Part shown: in pieces, positions 16,532 to 25,361 of the stretch
Numbering within the stretch: the first letter of the stretch is position 1
Layout: every line of letters begins with the position of its first letter
From: a virus
Taxonomy: Duplodnaviria; Caudoviricetes
Virus record (IMG/VR): IMGVR_UViG_3300036823_000136
Location: 1 to 61,394 of that record
Direction: 5' to 3' (one strand)
Length of the DNA stretch: 61,394 nucleotides
Translations under genes and position numbers: made by a program
Notes under the pieces: model-generated
What the model saw: only the letters and a program-made list of their open reading frames with translations
Databases searched by the model: none
Told to the model about the DNA's origin: nothing

Positions 16532-17840
16532 GGTGACGGTCATGAAGATCAAGCTCGCGGAGGCTCTCACCCTCGCGGACATGTCTCGTCTCGTCGAGCC
16601 GCTCGCGAGCTACTACGGGATTCGGCCGCGGGCGATCAAGCCGCGCGAGGACCACGGCAACGCCCGGTACGTCTGGCTCACTTTCCTGCCGACCGACCCG
16701 TGGAAGCACGAGCTGCCGCACCCGGCGCCAGCTGTCGGCTCGATCTCGATCGCCAAGACGAAGGGGAAGATCCTCGTCGGGATCAAGGCCGACGGCGAAG
16801 AGCAGTCGTGGATCGTGCAGCACGCGGGCCTGTACGGCAAGACGCGGTCCGGAAAGTCGGGATTGATCCACTCCCTGCTGATGTGGATCTCCGCCTACAC
16901 GGACGCGATCGCCGTCGGCATCGACATGGCCGGCGGAGCCACGCTGGGCGCCTGGCAGCCGATGTTCGCGCGGCCGATCGCCACGAACCTCGACGAGGCG
17001 ATCGTGCTGCTGGAGCGCGTGCTCGCATTCATCCAGGTCAGGGAGCGTGCGATCGGCGCCGACGACTTCGAGGACGACATCTTCGAGCCGTCCGACGAGT
17101 TCCCGTGGTTGTTCCTGGTCATCGACGAGTTCCCGAACCTCTTCACCGCGGCGAAGGCGGCCGGGCAGATGGGCGATGGGCCGAACGCGAAGAGCTACTT
17201 CAAGTACGTCGTGGGCCTGCTCGACCAGATCGCCAAGCAGGCGGCCAAGACGGGGACGATCTTGGTTGAGGGTGCCCAGAACCCGACGAAGGACGACAAC
17301 GGCTCGAAGGAGTTCCAGGCCCAGCTCCGTTCGACCTTCGGCTTGGGGCTCGACGAATTGCAGTCGCGCAACCTGTGGGGCGTCAAAGAGCGCCTGGGCT
17401 GGACCGGCACTGACCTGGCCAAAGGCCAGTACCGGCTGCACGACGACGACCACACCGTCCCCGAGGTCGCCAAGGGGTACTGGGTCCCGAAGCACCAGCG
17501 CAAGAAGCAGGCCGCCGCCGCCGCGAAGCTGCGCAAGTGCGCGGAGCCGACGGCCTGGGCGGCGCTGATGGGCGTGGACGCGCCGGTCATCGACGCCATC
17601 AGCATCTCCAGCGCGCCGGCCGACCGCGTGCTGGCCGCCCTGCTCGACGGGCCGATGAAGGTCGTTCCCGAGCTGGTCGACGCCTCCGGGCTCAGCAAGG
17701 CCCAGGTGTACCGCCGGCTCAACGGCCACGGCGAGGCTGGCCTGGTCCACCGGCTGGAGGACTACCGCTACCAGCTCACGGACGCGGGCCGGGCGTTCCT
17801 GCGCGGCGAGGACCCGGGCACCTGGAAGCGAGTCTCATGA
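15921..17840 (+). CDS. traB: TraB-like FtsK/SpoIIIE DNA translocase
   Basis: N-terminal TM helices, Walker A GKTRSGKS, Walker B FLVIDE, C-terminal winged helix (ELVDASGLSKAQVYRRL..GLV). Confidence 0.85.
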   Translation: MAKQPGGLNIVRDVLWVKFALWIGAKLGRTGRRLVFRWRRVLSPVIFATLLWAVAAIWNLTFPEWCWLALVIPAAGGTVAWFGPVLSERWSLIVTKLVPTGLDRGRSGVLDRLIERAYFAGLSTTIGGYLFIRSGWGGSDLTLWWWRVGLVLFGGAWWYHRRVRMAGRGDRVARRWGRINEGRTNSRLAPLIGSKPVEVHGRGPVTVMKIKLAEALTLADMSRLVEPLASYYGIRPRAIKPREDHGNARYVWLTFLPTDPWKHELPHPAPAVGSISIAKTKGKILVGIKADGEEQSWIVQHAGLYGKTRSGKSGLIHSLLMWISAYTDAIAVGIDMAGGATLGAWQPMFARPIATNLDEAIVLLERVLAFIQVRERAIGADDFEDDIFEPSDEFPWLFLVIDEFPNLFTAAKAAGQMGDGPNAKSYFKYVVGLLDQIAKQAAKTGTILVEGAQNPTKDDNGSKEFQAQLRSTFGLGLDELQSRNLWGVKERLGWTGTDLAKGQYRLHDDDHTVPEVAKGYWVPKHQRKKQAAAAAKLRKCAEPTAWAALMGVDAPVIDAISISSAPADRVLAALLDGPMKVVPELVDASGLSKAQVYRRLNGHGEAGLVHRLEDYRYQLTDAGRAFLRGEDPGTWKRVS

Positions 17841-17918
17841 TCTCGTCTCGTCCGGGACGCACGTAACGCGCAGACGGGCGAGAATCCCCTGAGAATATCG
17901 CAAAAGTGAGACGGTCTA

Positions 17919-17935
17919 ACCCCCATTACGGGGGG
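17919..17935. promoter_or_regulatory. Operator 7 within an extended palindrome
   Basis: TCTAACCCCC-ATTACG-GGGGGTTAGA. Confidence 0.7.
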
Positions 17936-17953
17936 TTAGATTGGGACAAAACA

Positions 17954-17989
17954 AGGCCCCCGGAGCGGATATTCTCGCTCCGGGGGCCT
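17954..17989. terminator. Terminator between convergent units
   Basis: 14-bp perfect stem AGGCCCCCGGAGCG. Confidence 0.75.
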
Positions 17990-17996
17990 GTTCTCT

Positions 17997-18013
17997 ACCC
18001 TCAACTTGGGGGT
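17997..18013. promoter_or_regulatory. Operator 8 (degenerate)
   Basis: ACCCTCAACTTGGGGGT. Confidence 0.5.
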
Positions 18014-18540
18014 CAGGTGGTCCTGATCAGCTTTGGGCGGCCGTCGTAGGCGTTCGCCAGGGCGGCCACCGCGCGCTCCCGGCTCTCCGCCACGTCAGCC
18101 CGCGGCTTGACCTGGCCGGCCCACGCGTACCCGACGGACCACGCGCGGCCGACCGGCTCGACGTAGCCGATCGGCCGGTCGTCGAGCACGATCCACCAGC
18201 GGCCCGGCGTGCGCTCGCCCGCGGGTGACACCCGGGTTCGGCGGAGCCCGCGCTTGCGGAGCCCCTTCCAGCGCCGGGTCTCCGCGGACAGCGCGCCGGC
18301 CTGGAGACCGGAGCAGCTCGCGCAGTGGATGCGCAGGTTGTCCAGCGTGTACTTCCCGCCGCGGATACCCGGCACGATGCGGTCACAGATCATCGTGGTG
18401 TAGGTGACGATGGTCAGGCACTCCCAGCACGACGCGGTGGTGCCGTCGCCGTCGCGCTCCAGCAACGCCTGCTTGCGCTTGCGTCGTTGGCTCGCCGACC
18501 CCCGCGAGTTCGAGTTCGAGGTTCCGCGCGGTCCACTCAC
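18013..18540 (-). CDS. HNH-type endonuclease
   Basis: CWEC..DRIVP..GG.Y..DNL..HCASC. Confidence 0.75.
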   Translation of the reverse strand: MSGPRGTSNSNSRGSASQRRKRKQALLERDGDGTTASCWECLTIVTYTTMICDRIVPGIRGGKYTLDNLRIHCASCSGLQAGALSAETRRWKGLRKRGLRRTRVSPAGERTPGRWWIVLDDRPIGYVEPVGRAWSVGYAWAGQVKPRADVAESRERAVAALANAYDGRPKLIRTT

Positions 18541-18809
18541 CAGGCCGCCCTCCACACGCCGTTGGCCTCGGGGACGATAGTCGGCTGGATCACGCCCAGC
18601 TGGAAGAAGGTCTCATCGAGCCAGAACTCGGTGAGGAAGTCGCGGCCGTCGGGGCTCCACGCCTCCACAGCGCACTCCCCGACCTCGCGGACCTCCAGGC
18701 GCTCGACGTGGTTGCTCTCCGCGCCGGTGCCGGTCACGGCCGCGAACTCCTTGGTCGCCCGCCGGAACGACTGGGCGAACACCGTCTCCGTCACCTCAGA
18801 AGGCAGCAT
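18537..18809 (-). CDS. Hypothetical protein
   Basis: Coupled ORF. Confidence 0.6.
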   Translation of the reverse strand: MLPSEVTETVFAQSFRRATKEFAAVTGTGAESNHVERLEVREVGECAVEAWSPDGRDFLTEFWLDETFFQLGVIQPTIVPEANGVWRAAW

Positions 18810-19167
18810 TACCGTCTTCCTCTCCCACGATCGACGCGTAGTGGTAGTGCGGGTCCATCGCCTGGCGCACGCACTTGTAGACCTCGCTGGGGTGGTGGTC
18901 CGGGTTCAGAAACGTGATCTCGTCGAGCGCGGACTGAGCGGCCTCAGCGGTGTCGTAGACCGGCTTGCCGGAGTAGTGGCACAGGGCGATCCGCGCGTAC
19001 CCGGCGGACCAGTCCATCCGGCCGTAGCGCATGACCACGTCGCGGCGCTGGGTGCCGCCCTGGTTCTCCGCCCAGTACGCCTGGCCTTCAGGCTTGTAGT
19101 GCTGGCGGCGGCGGTCCGCTCGCTTCCTGTTCAGGCGGTTGGACTGGCTCGATCCGGACCTTCTCAT
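18796..19167 (-). CDS. Hypothetical protein with Cys/His motif
   Basis: C..SGK..Y..A..A and VYKC..H.H; ATGA overlap. Confidence 0.6.
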   Translation of the reverse strand: MRRSGSSQSNRLNRKRADRRRQHYKPEGQAYWAENQGGTQRRDVVMRYGRMDWSAGYARIALCHYSGKPVYDTAEAAQSALDEITFLNPDHHPSEVYKCVRQAMDPHYHYASIVGEEDGNAAF

Positions 19168-19916
19168 CGTGAGGCCTCCAGGAGTGCGACGACCGGCGTC
19201 CACCAGGGCGCGCCGTAGGCGATCAGGGTCAGCGCGCCGATGGCTCCGGTGAGCACGGCGAAAGCGCTGGTGGCGATGCGCTCGCCGGTGAACATCGGCT
19301 TGCGCTTGAGCACGACGTGCTTGTCCGAGAACGGGATCTTGACCTTCTCGCCCTTGCGGACGCCACCGGCGCGGAACCGCATCCACCGCGGGAAGCCCAC
19401 GGTGGCCCAGCGTTTGCCATCCATGACGACGAGCGGGCATAGCGGGTGCGGCACGCCGGACAGCGTGCAGGCGTCCCCGATGAACCAGATGTGACAGAGG
19501 CACCCGACGGTGAAGGCGAGCGCCCACATCGGCGCCAGCGCGACGTGACCGGCGAGCAGCCCCGCGTACACGGCGCCGCCGGTGAGCAGCGTCCCGAAAT
19601 TCGTGTGCGTGAACGTGCGGTGGACGGCCTCCGGCTTGTCCTTCTCGGTGCGGGTGGCCTGGTAGACAACGTGGCTGATCCACATGAACAGCTTGTTGAG
19701 CAGCCAGCTGACCGGCCCCGCCACCTTCGATATGAAAGCGGGCGGGTGGTCGATGTCCGGCCACAGCGCACCGATGCCGACGATGGCTGAGTACGCCACC
19801 GTGCGCGCGACGGCGGTAGCCGGAGTGGCGGGCCCGCTCGTGGTCAGTTCGAGCGCCAGCGGCGCCGTGAGCAGCCCGGCGGCCACGCCGGAGAGGAAGT
19901 GGCCTTTCGCCATCAT
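19164..19916 (-). CDS. YdjM-like membrane-bound metal-dependent hydrolase
   Basis: H..SG, PDIDHP, HRTFTH and H..GD..T..GVP motifs. Confidence 0.85.
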   Translation of the reverse strand: MMAKGHFLSGVAAGLLTAPLALELTTSGPATPATAVARTVAYSAIVGIGALWPDIDHPPAFISKVAGPVSWLLNKLFMWISHVVYQATRTEKDKPEAVHRTFTHTNFGTLLTGGAVYAGLLAGHVALAPMWALAFTVGCLCHIWFIGDACTLSGVPHPLCPLVVMDGKRWATVGFPRWMRFRAGGVRKGEKVKIPFSDKHVVLKRKPMFTGERIATSAFAVLTGAIGALTLIAYGAPWWTPVVALLEASR

Positions 19917-20050
19917 CGATCATCACCGGCCAGCTCGCGCAGCTCTCGAAGCACGCGCTCCGCGACGTACTGGCGGTCCTCGCCACCGTCGAGCGCGTCC
20001 TCCAGCGCATCCGTTATGCGCCGGAGTTCCTCCAGCTCCAGGCGGGTCAC
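19913..20050 (-). CDS. 45-aa helical microprotein
   Basis: MTRLELEELRRITDALEDALDGGEDRQYVAERVLRELRELAGDDR; overlaps both neighbours by 4 nt. Confidence 0.55.
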   Translation of the reverse strand: MTRLELEELRRITDALEDALDGGEDRQYVAERVLRELRELAGDDR

Positions 20051-20262
20051 TGGTTCTCCAGGGCAGTCCGGAGGGCGTCCAGGTTGTCGGTCAAGTCCTT
20101 GACCAGAGTCAGTGCGGAGGCCAGGTACTCATCAGTGGGCGGCGCCGTGGAAACCCAAGCCGGGTGTTCCATGTAGGCCACATCCGCCGTCAGGTCGGAG
20201 ACCATCTTGCGGATCTGCTCGACGTACTCGCCGGCGGAAACGTGCGCTTCGGGTTTCGTCAT
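20047..20262 (-). CDS. Hypothetical protein (probably leaderless)
   Basis: ATG 6 nt after TACAGT. Confidence 0.7.
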   Translation of the reverse strand: MTKPEAHVSAGEYVEQIRKMVSDLTADVAYMEHPAWVSTAPPTDEYLASALTLVKDLTDNLDALRTALENQ

Positions 20263-20275
20263 GGGGTCACTGTAT

Positions 20276-20292
20276 CCCCCTATTCTGGGGGG
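20276..20292 (-). promoter_or_regulatory. Operator 9 in promoter TTGCGT-N18-TACAGT
   Basis: CCCCCTATTCTGGGGGG. Confidence 0.8.
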
Positions 20293-20302
20293 ACGCAATG
20301 GT

Positions 20303-20770
20303 CTATTCGATACCGAGCAGGCGTCGGTTCTCGATCACGCGCTGAACCATCGGCGTGTCCTCGCGGAAGATCCTGCCCGCCGGCGAGCGCCACCGGCCGT
20401 CGGCGAGCCGAGCCCACTCGCTCGGGTGACGAATGTCCGACCGCACGGTGCGGTCGCGCCGCCGCGGTGGCTGGCGAAGCTCGGTGTCGGGATCGCCGGG
20501 CACCACGTCGGTGAGTGCGTCCAGGTCGTAGACCTCGCCCTTCCAGGCGGCGTAGCTGGCCAGCTGGACCTCGGTGAAGGCGCACTGGATGGCGGAGAGC
20601 AGCTCCCGCTGGTTCCGCGCCACGGCCGCCCAGCCGCGGGCCTGGGGCGAGGACACGCGCAGGCCTCCATCCACCTGCTCCACGACGAGGGCCACCCGGC
20701 GCGTCTGGTGCGCGATCGCGGGCGGCCCCATCACCTCTTCGGTGACCTGGCGGCGGAGGGGGCTCGTCAT
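20303..20770 (-). CDS. Hypothetical protein, possibly HicB-like N-terminal fold
   Basis: LVVEQVDGGLRVSSPQARGWAAVARNQRELL; coupled to terL. Confidence 0.55.
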   Translation of the reverse strand: MTSPLRRQVTEEVMGPPAIAHQTRRVALVVEQVDGGLRVSSPQARGWAAVARNQRELLSAIQCAFTEVQLASYAAWKGEVYDLDALTDVVPGDPDTELRQPPRRRDRTVRSDIRHPSEWARLADGRWRSPAGRIFREDTPMVQRVIENRRLLGIE

Positions 20771-22560
20771 CGGAACCGCCGGGACTCGCCTTGGCGGCGG
20801 ATCGTGTTGCCCAGGCCGACTGACGGGCGCGTCGGCAGCGGCTGGACCGGCCGCGCGGGCGCCGGGTTGGCGGTGGCCGCGTCCGTCTTGGACAGCTCGG
20901 TGAGCCCGTGCACGTAGGCGTCCATCCGGTCCGGGCTGTCGAGCCCCTCCTTCCAGCTGACCAGCTGGTGCTGAAGCTCGGGGAACAGGCCGACGTGGTG
21001 CACCTTGCCGTACTCGTGCAGCGGCGCCACCATCTGCGCGCGGAACGTCTTCGTGCCCTTCGGCGTGATCGGCCGGATCGGAATACCGGTCTCTGGCAGC
21101 GCGAGCACCTTCGGCACCAGCGGCCACAGGGCGGCCAGGGACTTCTCCATGGCCAGAACCTCCTCCGGCTCCGCGTCGTCGCGCACCAGCGCGCGTGCGG
21201 CGACGTGGATCAGCGCTTCGTCGGCCACGCGGGCGCGCTTGCCCGGCATCTTCTTGAACGGGTCCAGCTCGTGCAGCTTGACCGCGTCACGGCGGATGTC
21301 CTTCCAGGCTTGCCGGCCGCTCTTGCGGAGCTGGGACAGCGACCGCTCGTAGCGGATGGCGGTGGCGTCGTGGCGGAGCGCGGCGAGGAAGGCCCGGCGG
21401 AACCACTGGCCGACGGTCATGTGCCCGGACTCGTCAGCGAGCAGGTAGAAGTGCTCGTCCACGCCGCGGGCCAAGGTGACGATGCCAGCCTCGTCGCCGT
21501 CGCCCTCGTTGTCCGCAGGGTCCACGAAGACCTCCGTGCGGAGCAGCTCCGGCGCGACCGGCACGCGGTGGTAGGCGATCCAGGCCAGCTGGAACACGCC
21601 ACCGGCAGGTGGGTGCGGGTCGGCATCGTAGAGCGCGGCCCAGACCCACTCGCCAACCCGGCGCCGGATATCATCCCAATCCGAGGGCTTCCGACCGCGC
21701 GTGCTCACGAGGTACTCGCCGGCCTTACGCCCCAGCGGGTCGTTGCTCTTGGCGATCGCGGGGATAACGAGCTGGTGGAAGTCCGGGCGCTGGCTCTGCT
21801 CGTCCTGCGCAATGAGCCGGCCGATCAGGTCGTCCTCGTGCCAGCGGGTGCCGATGACCACCAGGAGCGCGCCGGGCGACAGCCGGGTGGACGCCACCGA
21901 GAGGTACCAATCCCACATCAGCTGCCGCTGTTGCGGGCTCCCGGCCTGCTGGGGTCCCTTCACCGCGTCGTCGATGATCAGCACGTCGGCAGATCGACCC
22001 GTGAGCGCGCCACCCACGCCGACCGCGACCATGCCGCCGTTCCGCCGGCCGGGCGTGTCGGTCAGGGACCAGTTCGTCTGCTGCGCGCGGTCCGGGTCCA
22101 GGATCAGTCCCAGCTGGTCTTCCTGGTGCGCGTAGTGCCGGTCGCCCTTGTAGCCGGCGCCGTAGGTCTCGATCGACTGGCGGACCGCGAGCGTGGAGCG
22201 TCCGGCCACGGACTGCTCATAGGAGGCGACGACGATCCGTCGCGTCGGGTCGCGCATCAGGAGCCACAGCGGGACCGCGGTGCCCATGCGCATCGTCTTG
22301 CCCTCCTGAGGAGGGGTGGAGATGATCCATCGGCGCTGGAAGCCGGAGTCCGCGGCGATCGCCACCTGATCGAGCGCGGTCATCATCTTCGTCTGGACGG
22401 TGTCGGGCTGGATGAACTTGGCGATGTGGCCGGGCGAGGGGAACCGCTCCAGGGCCTTCCGTCGACGGAGGATGCGATCGAGCCGGAGCTGAGCGAGGCG
22501 CCGCTCGCCGGGGTTCAGCTCGTCGAGCTTGCGGCGTACCTCCAACTCCAGGTCGATCAC
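20767..22560 (-). CDS. terL: Terminase large subunit
   Basis: PPQEGKT Walker A, LIIDD Walker B, GTRWH, VFVDPA and SPDRMDA nuclease motifs. Confidence 0.92.
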   Translation of the reverse strand: MIDLELEVRRKLDELNPGERRLAQLRLDRILRRRKALERFPSPGHIAKFIQPDTVQTKMMTALDQVAIAADSGFQRRWIISTPPQEGKTMRMGTAVPLWLLMRDPTRRIVVASYEQSVAGRSTLAVRQSIETYGAGYKGDRHYAHQEDQLGLILDPDRAQQTNWSLTDTPGRRNGGMVAVGVGGALTGRSADVLIIDDAVKGPQQAGSPQQRQLMWDWYLSVASTRLSPGALLVVIGTRWHEDDLIGRLIAQDEQSQRPDFHQLVIPAIAKSNDPLGRKAGEYLVSTRGRKPSDWDDIRRRVGEWVWAALYDADPHPPAGGVFQLAWIAYHRVPVAPELLRTEVFVDPADNEGDGDEAGIVTLARGVDEHFYLLADESGHMTVGQWFRRAFLAALRHDATAIRYERSLSQLRKSGRQAWKDIRRDAVKLHELDPFKKMPGKRARVADEALIHVAARALVRDDAEPEEVLAMEKSLAALWPLVPKVLALPETGIPIRPITPKGTKTFRAQMVAPLHEYGKVHHVGLFPELQHQLVSWKEGLDSPDRMDAYVHGLTELSKTDAATANPAPARPVQPLPTRPSVGLGNTIRRQGESRRFR

Positions 22561-23099
22561 CCGACCTCCCCGGACTCGACGAGTTCGCCGTCCACGATGG
22601 TCGGATCGAGCTGGAGAACACCCGCTTCGAGCAGCGCGGGGACCTGAGAACTCCGGTCCTCGATGAGACTCAGCACCTGAGAAACCGTCTCGTCGATGCG
22701 CTGGTTCGAGATCTGGATCTTCAGCTCCGCGTTGAGCCCGCACAGGTTGGCGATCCGGTCGACCACCCCGAGGATCACGCGCGCGGCCTTCTCGTCGCCG
22801 TTGAGCGCCTTCTCCATGAACACCTGCTTGAGCTGCCGCAACGTCTCCAGCTCGTTCGCCAGCTGGTTCTGCCGGAGCGAGAGATCGCCCTCCATCGTCC
22901 GGGCCAGCTCTTCGTTGTAGAGCTTCGAGGCCTGGGGCTCCGTCATCGCCAGCTCTTTACCGGCGTCGGTGACGGTGTAGCCCTGGGCGACCAGGCGGAA
23001 CAGCCGGGTTGCCTTGACCCTCGTCTCCGCGATCGTGGCGCGTGGCGCGCTGGCTTGCCGCGGGTTCACCGCTCGCAGGTTGGACTTCCTCGGTGGCAC
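22557..23099 (-). CDS. terS: Terminase small subunit
   Basis: N-terminal HTH-like segment; coupled immediately upstream of terL. Confidence 0.75.
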   Translation of the reverse strand: MPPRKSNLRAVNPRQASAPRATIAETRVKATRLFRLVAQGYTVTDAGKELAMTEPQASKLYNEELARTMEGDLSLRQNQLANELETLRQLKQVFMEKALNGDEKAARVILGVVDRIANLCGLNAELKIQISNQRIDETVSQVLSLIEDRSSQVPALLEAGVLQLDPTIVDGELVESGEVG

Positions 23100-23190
23100 G
23101 TCGTCTCCCTCCAGGGTGAGATCAGGTCGGGAATCTCACGAGACGACGCGCGCTGGTAAGCACGCTGAGTCACGCATGGCGTGATCATAA

Positions 23191-23207
23191 CCCCCCAAAT
23201 TGGGGGT
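23191..23207 (-). promoter_or_regulatory. Operator 10 in the terS promoter (TATGAT -10), inside a 57-bp imperfect palindrome
   Basis: CCCCCCAAATTGGGGGT flanked by CACGCATGGCGT/ACGCCATGCGTG. Confidence 0.75.
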
Positions 23208-23227
23208 ATGCCACTACGCCATGCGTG

Positions 23228-25360
23228 TCAGTACAGCTCTGCCCACTGGCGGAACGCATGCGGGGCGAAGGTCTTGGCACCCGCGGCAGCGTTGAACATC
23301 GAGACGACGCCCGTCAGCACCGCCGTGTCCGTCGACTTGCCCGCGGTGATGAAGCCTAGGCCTTGCTGGTTGAGCTTCGCGAACGGCGCAGTGTTGCCGA
23401 CGTACACGTTCGCCGTGGTGATCGGGACGGACATCACCAGGTAAACGACGTAGCCGGCCGGAATCCACACGGGTCCGCTGATCGCCACGTCGATGATCGC
23501 GCTCGCGGTCGGCGTGAGCGTGCCGGAGTTGACGACCTTGAGCTTCGCCGGGTCCGCGCCGGCGAACAGGGTCCAGGCGCGCGACGCCGCAGTGGCCGAC
23601 CCAGCGCCGGAGCGGAAGCCGTAGTAGTAGCGGCCGGGCGACACGCCAATGAAGGTCGCGAAGCTGCCCGCGGCGGCTTCCGACGGGCTGGAGCCGGTGA
23701 CGAGCGCGCGCTGGTAGCCCTGGATCGGCGGCTCGCCCTGGGGGTTGTAGCGAGGGAACGGCTGGTCTGCACCCTGGCGTCCGAGGATGACCGGCTCCAT
23801 CTGCGCGACGGTGTAGGCCGCCTGCACAAGCACGGCCGCCGGGACCGGGTGTGCCCCGTCGGCCGTGTAGCCCGGGTTCCACTTCCACGAGGTCTGCGGA
23901 TCGGCCATCAGCCCGCACCAGTCGATCAGCCCGTCCAGCGGGTGCTGGCGCTCGCCCGTTTTGACCGTTGTCCCGTCGGCGAGTGCCAGTGTCGCGCCGT
24001 CCTGGGACAGCCACATCGAGATGAGACCGTAGATGGAGGTGAGATAGCTGGCGTCGTCGGTCGGGTTCTGGGTGGTGTTGATGGCGCCGCCGTTGGTGAA
24101 CCGCGACTGGTTCGCCGTGGTCGCCCAGGCATCCGAGCTGGCGGAGATCGGCGTGGGGTACCCGGCGCGTACCGGCGGCCCGGCCGCATCGAGCATCTTC
24201 CACAGCGTGATCATGTTCGCCTGGACCTGGGCGAACGTCAGGTTCGCGTTGATGTCGTTCATGCACAGGTTCGTCACGGTCGCCGTGCAGCGCGCCACCA
24301 CGCTCATCTGCCACGGCGCGTTCCCCGGCACGTAGCAGCCCGCACGGTTGCCACCCTGGGCGATCCGCCACCAGCTCGATCCGTCGACCGACCGCGGGAA
24401 GACGCCGCACGGCTCGCCGTCTCGCACGTCACCGCCGGTTCCCTGCATGAGACTGTCGCCGAACAACGCGACGCACCGCTTGTTCGGGATGTTGCCGGTG
24501 ATGGCGGTCGCGTACGGAATCTGCATCCAGGCCGACGCCACCGTGCCGCCGGAGGTGGTGGTGTTCCCGTTCGTCTGGGTCGTGATGCCCGTCTCGGTGA
24601 GCGCCGTCCCCGCGGTCGCGGCCGGGAGCGCCGTGGTGTTCAGGATGACCCAGTCGACGAACGGCGCGGTGTTGCTGGCGCCCGCGGCTCCGGCGTACGG
24701 CACGCGGTTGGTGGTGCTGCCGGTATCGAACTCGCCGAGGACGGCGATGCAGTCGCCCTGCCGGGTGGTCTCCGAGAGCGGAATGGGCTGGGACCGCTTG
24801 TAGTCGCCCGCGGCGAAGAGGACGGTCCCCGCGGTATCGGTCTGGTCCTCCCAGTTCACGACGTAGGTGTTGACCAGGCGCCAGTACGCCGACCCGGCGG
24901 CGGGAAGCTGGTTCGTGCCGGCCTGGATGGCGACCCACTTCGAGCCGCCGGAGACGACCTGATCGAGCAGCGCGTAGGCGGTCGCGCTGCTCCACGCCGT
25001 GCTGCCGGAGGTCATCCGCGGGTTGCCGGCCGGGTACTCGATGGCCATCCGCGAGGTGACCGAGTTCGGGCCGGGCAGCTCGCACGTAGCGTTCCCGGCC
25101 TGTGGCGTGTTCGACGTGGCGATGTTCGCCCACTCCACCTGAAGGGTGTCGGCGCCGGAGGAGATCACCCGGAGCAGCTTCCGCGTGCCGAAGCGGCGGC
25201 CCTGGGGGAGCGTGCTGGTGGTGCCGCCGCCTAAACCATTAAAGTGACTCCCATTTGCTACTGGAAGAAAGGTCTTTGATACCGCGTCGGTGTACTTCCT
25301 TGTCGTCGGATCAGCGTTCTGACCTGGAGAAACAACGCCAGAAATGAACTTTTGAGCCAT
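23228..25360 (-). CDS. Tail-associated protein with carbohydrate-binding and SGNH hydrolase domains
   Basis: AWSSATAY..VV..W..W (CBM5/12-like), FGDS, MND and DGAHP; N-terminus MAQKF resembles the adjacent tail fiber. Confidence 0.75.
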   Translation of the reverse strand: MAQKFISGVVSPGQNADPTTRKYTDAVSKTFLPVANGSHFNGLGGGTTSTLPQGRRFGTRKLLRVISSGADTLQVEWANIATSNTPQAGNATCELPGPNSVTSRMAIEYPAGNPRMTSGSTAWSSATAYALLDQVVSGGSKWVAIQAGTNQLPAAGSAYWRLVNTYVVNWEDQTDTAGTVLFAAGDYKRSQPIPLSETTRQGDCIAVLGEFDTGSTTNRVPYAGAAGASNTAPFVDWVILNTTALPAATAGTALTETGITTQTNGNTTTSGGTVASAWMQIPYATAITGNIPNKRCVALFGDSLMQGTGGDVRDGEPCGVFPRSVDGSSWWRIAQGGNRAGCYVPGNAPWQMSVVARCTATVTNLCMNDINANLTFAQVQANMITLWKMLDAAGPPVRAGYPTPISASSDAWATTANQSRFTNGGAINTTQNPTDDASYLTSIYGLISMWLSQDGATLALADGTTVKTGERQHPLDGLIDWCGLMADPQTSWKWNPGYTADGAHPVPAAVLVQAAYTVAQMEPVILGRQGADQPFPRYNPQGEPPIQGYQRALVTGSSPSEAAAGSFATFIGVSPGRYYYGFRSGAGSATAASRAWTLFAGADPAKLKVVNSGTLTPTASAIIDVAISGPVWIPAGYVVYLVMSVPITTANVYVGNTAPFAKLNQQGLGFITAGKSTDTAVLTGVVSMFNAAAGAKTFAPHAFRQWAELY

Positions 25361-25361
25361 T

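Noticed and set aside
20303-20770. HicAB toxin-antitoxin module
   Set aside because: Only a weak HicB-like resemblance and no adjacent HicA-like gene
23171-23227. Protelomerase telRL site of a linear plasmid prophage
   Set aside because: The palindrome is imperfect and no protelomerase-like ORF is recognisable
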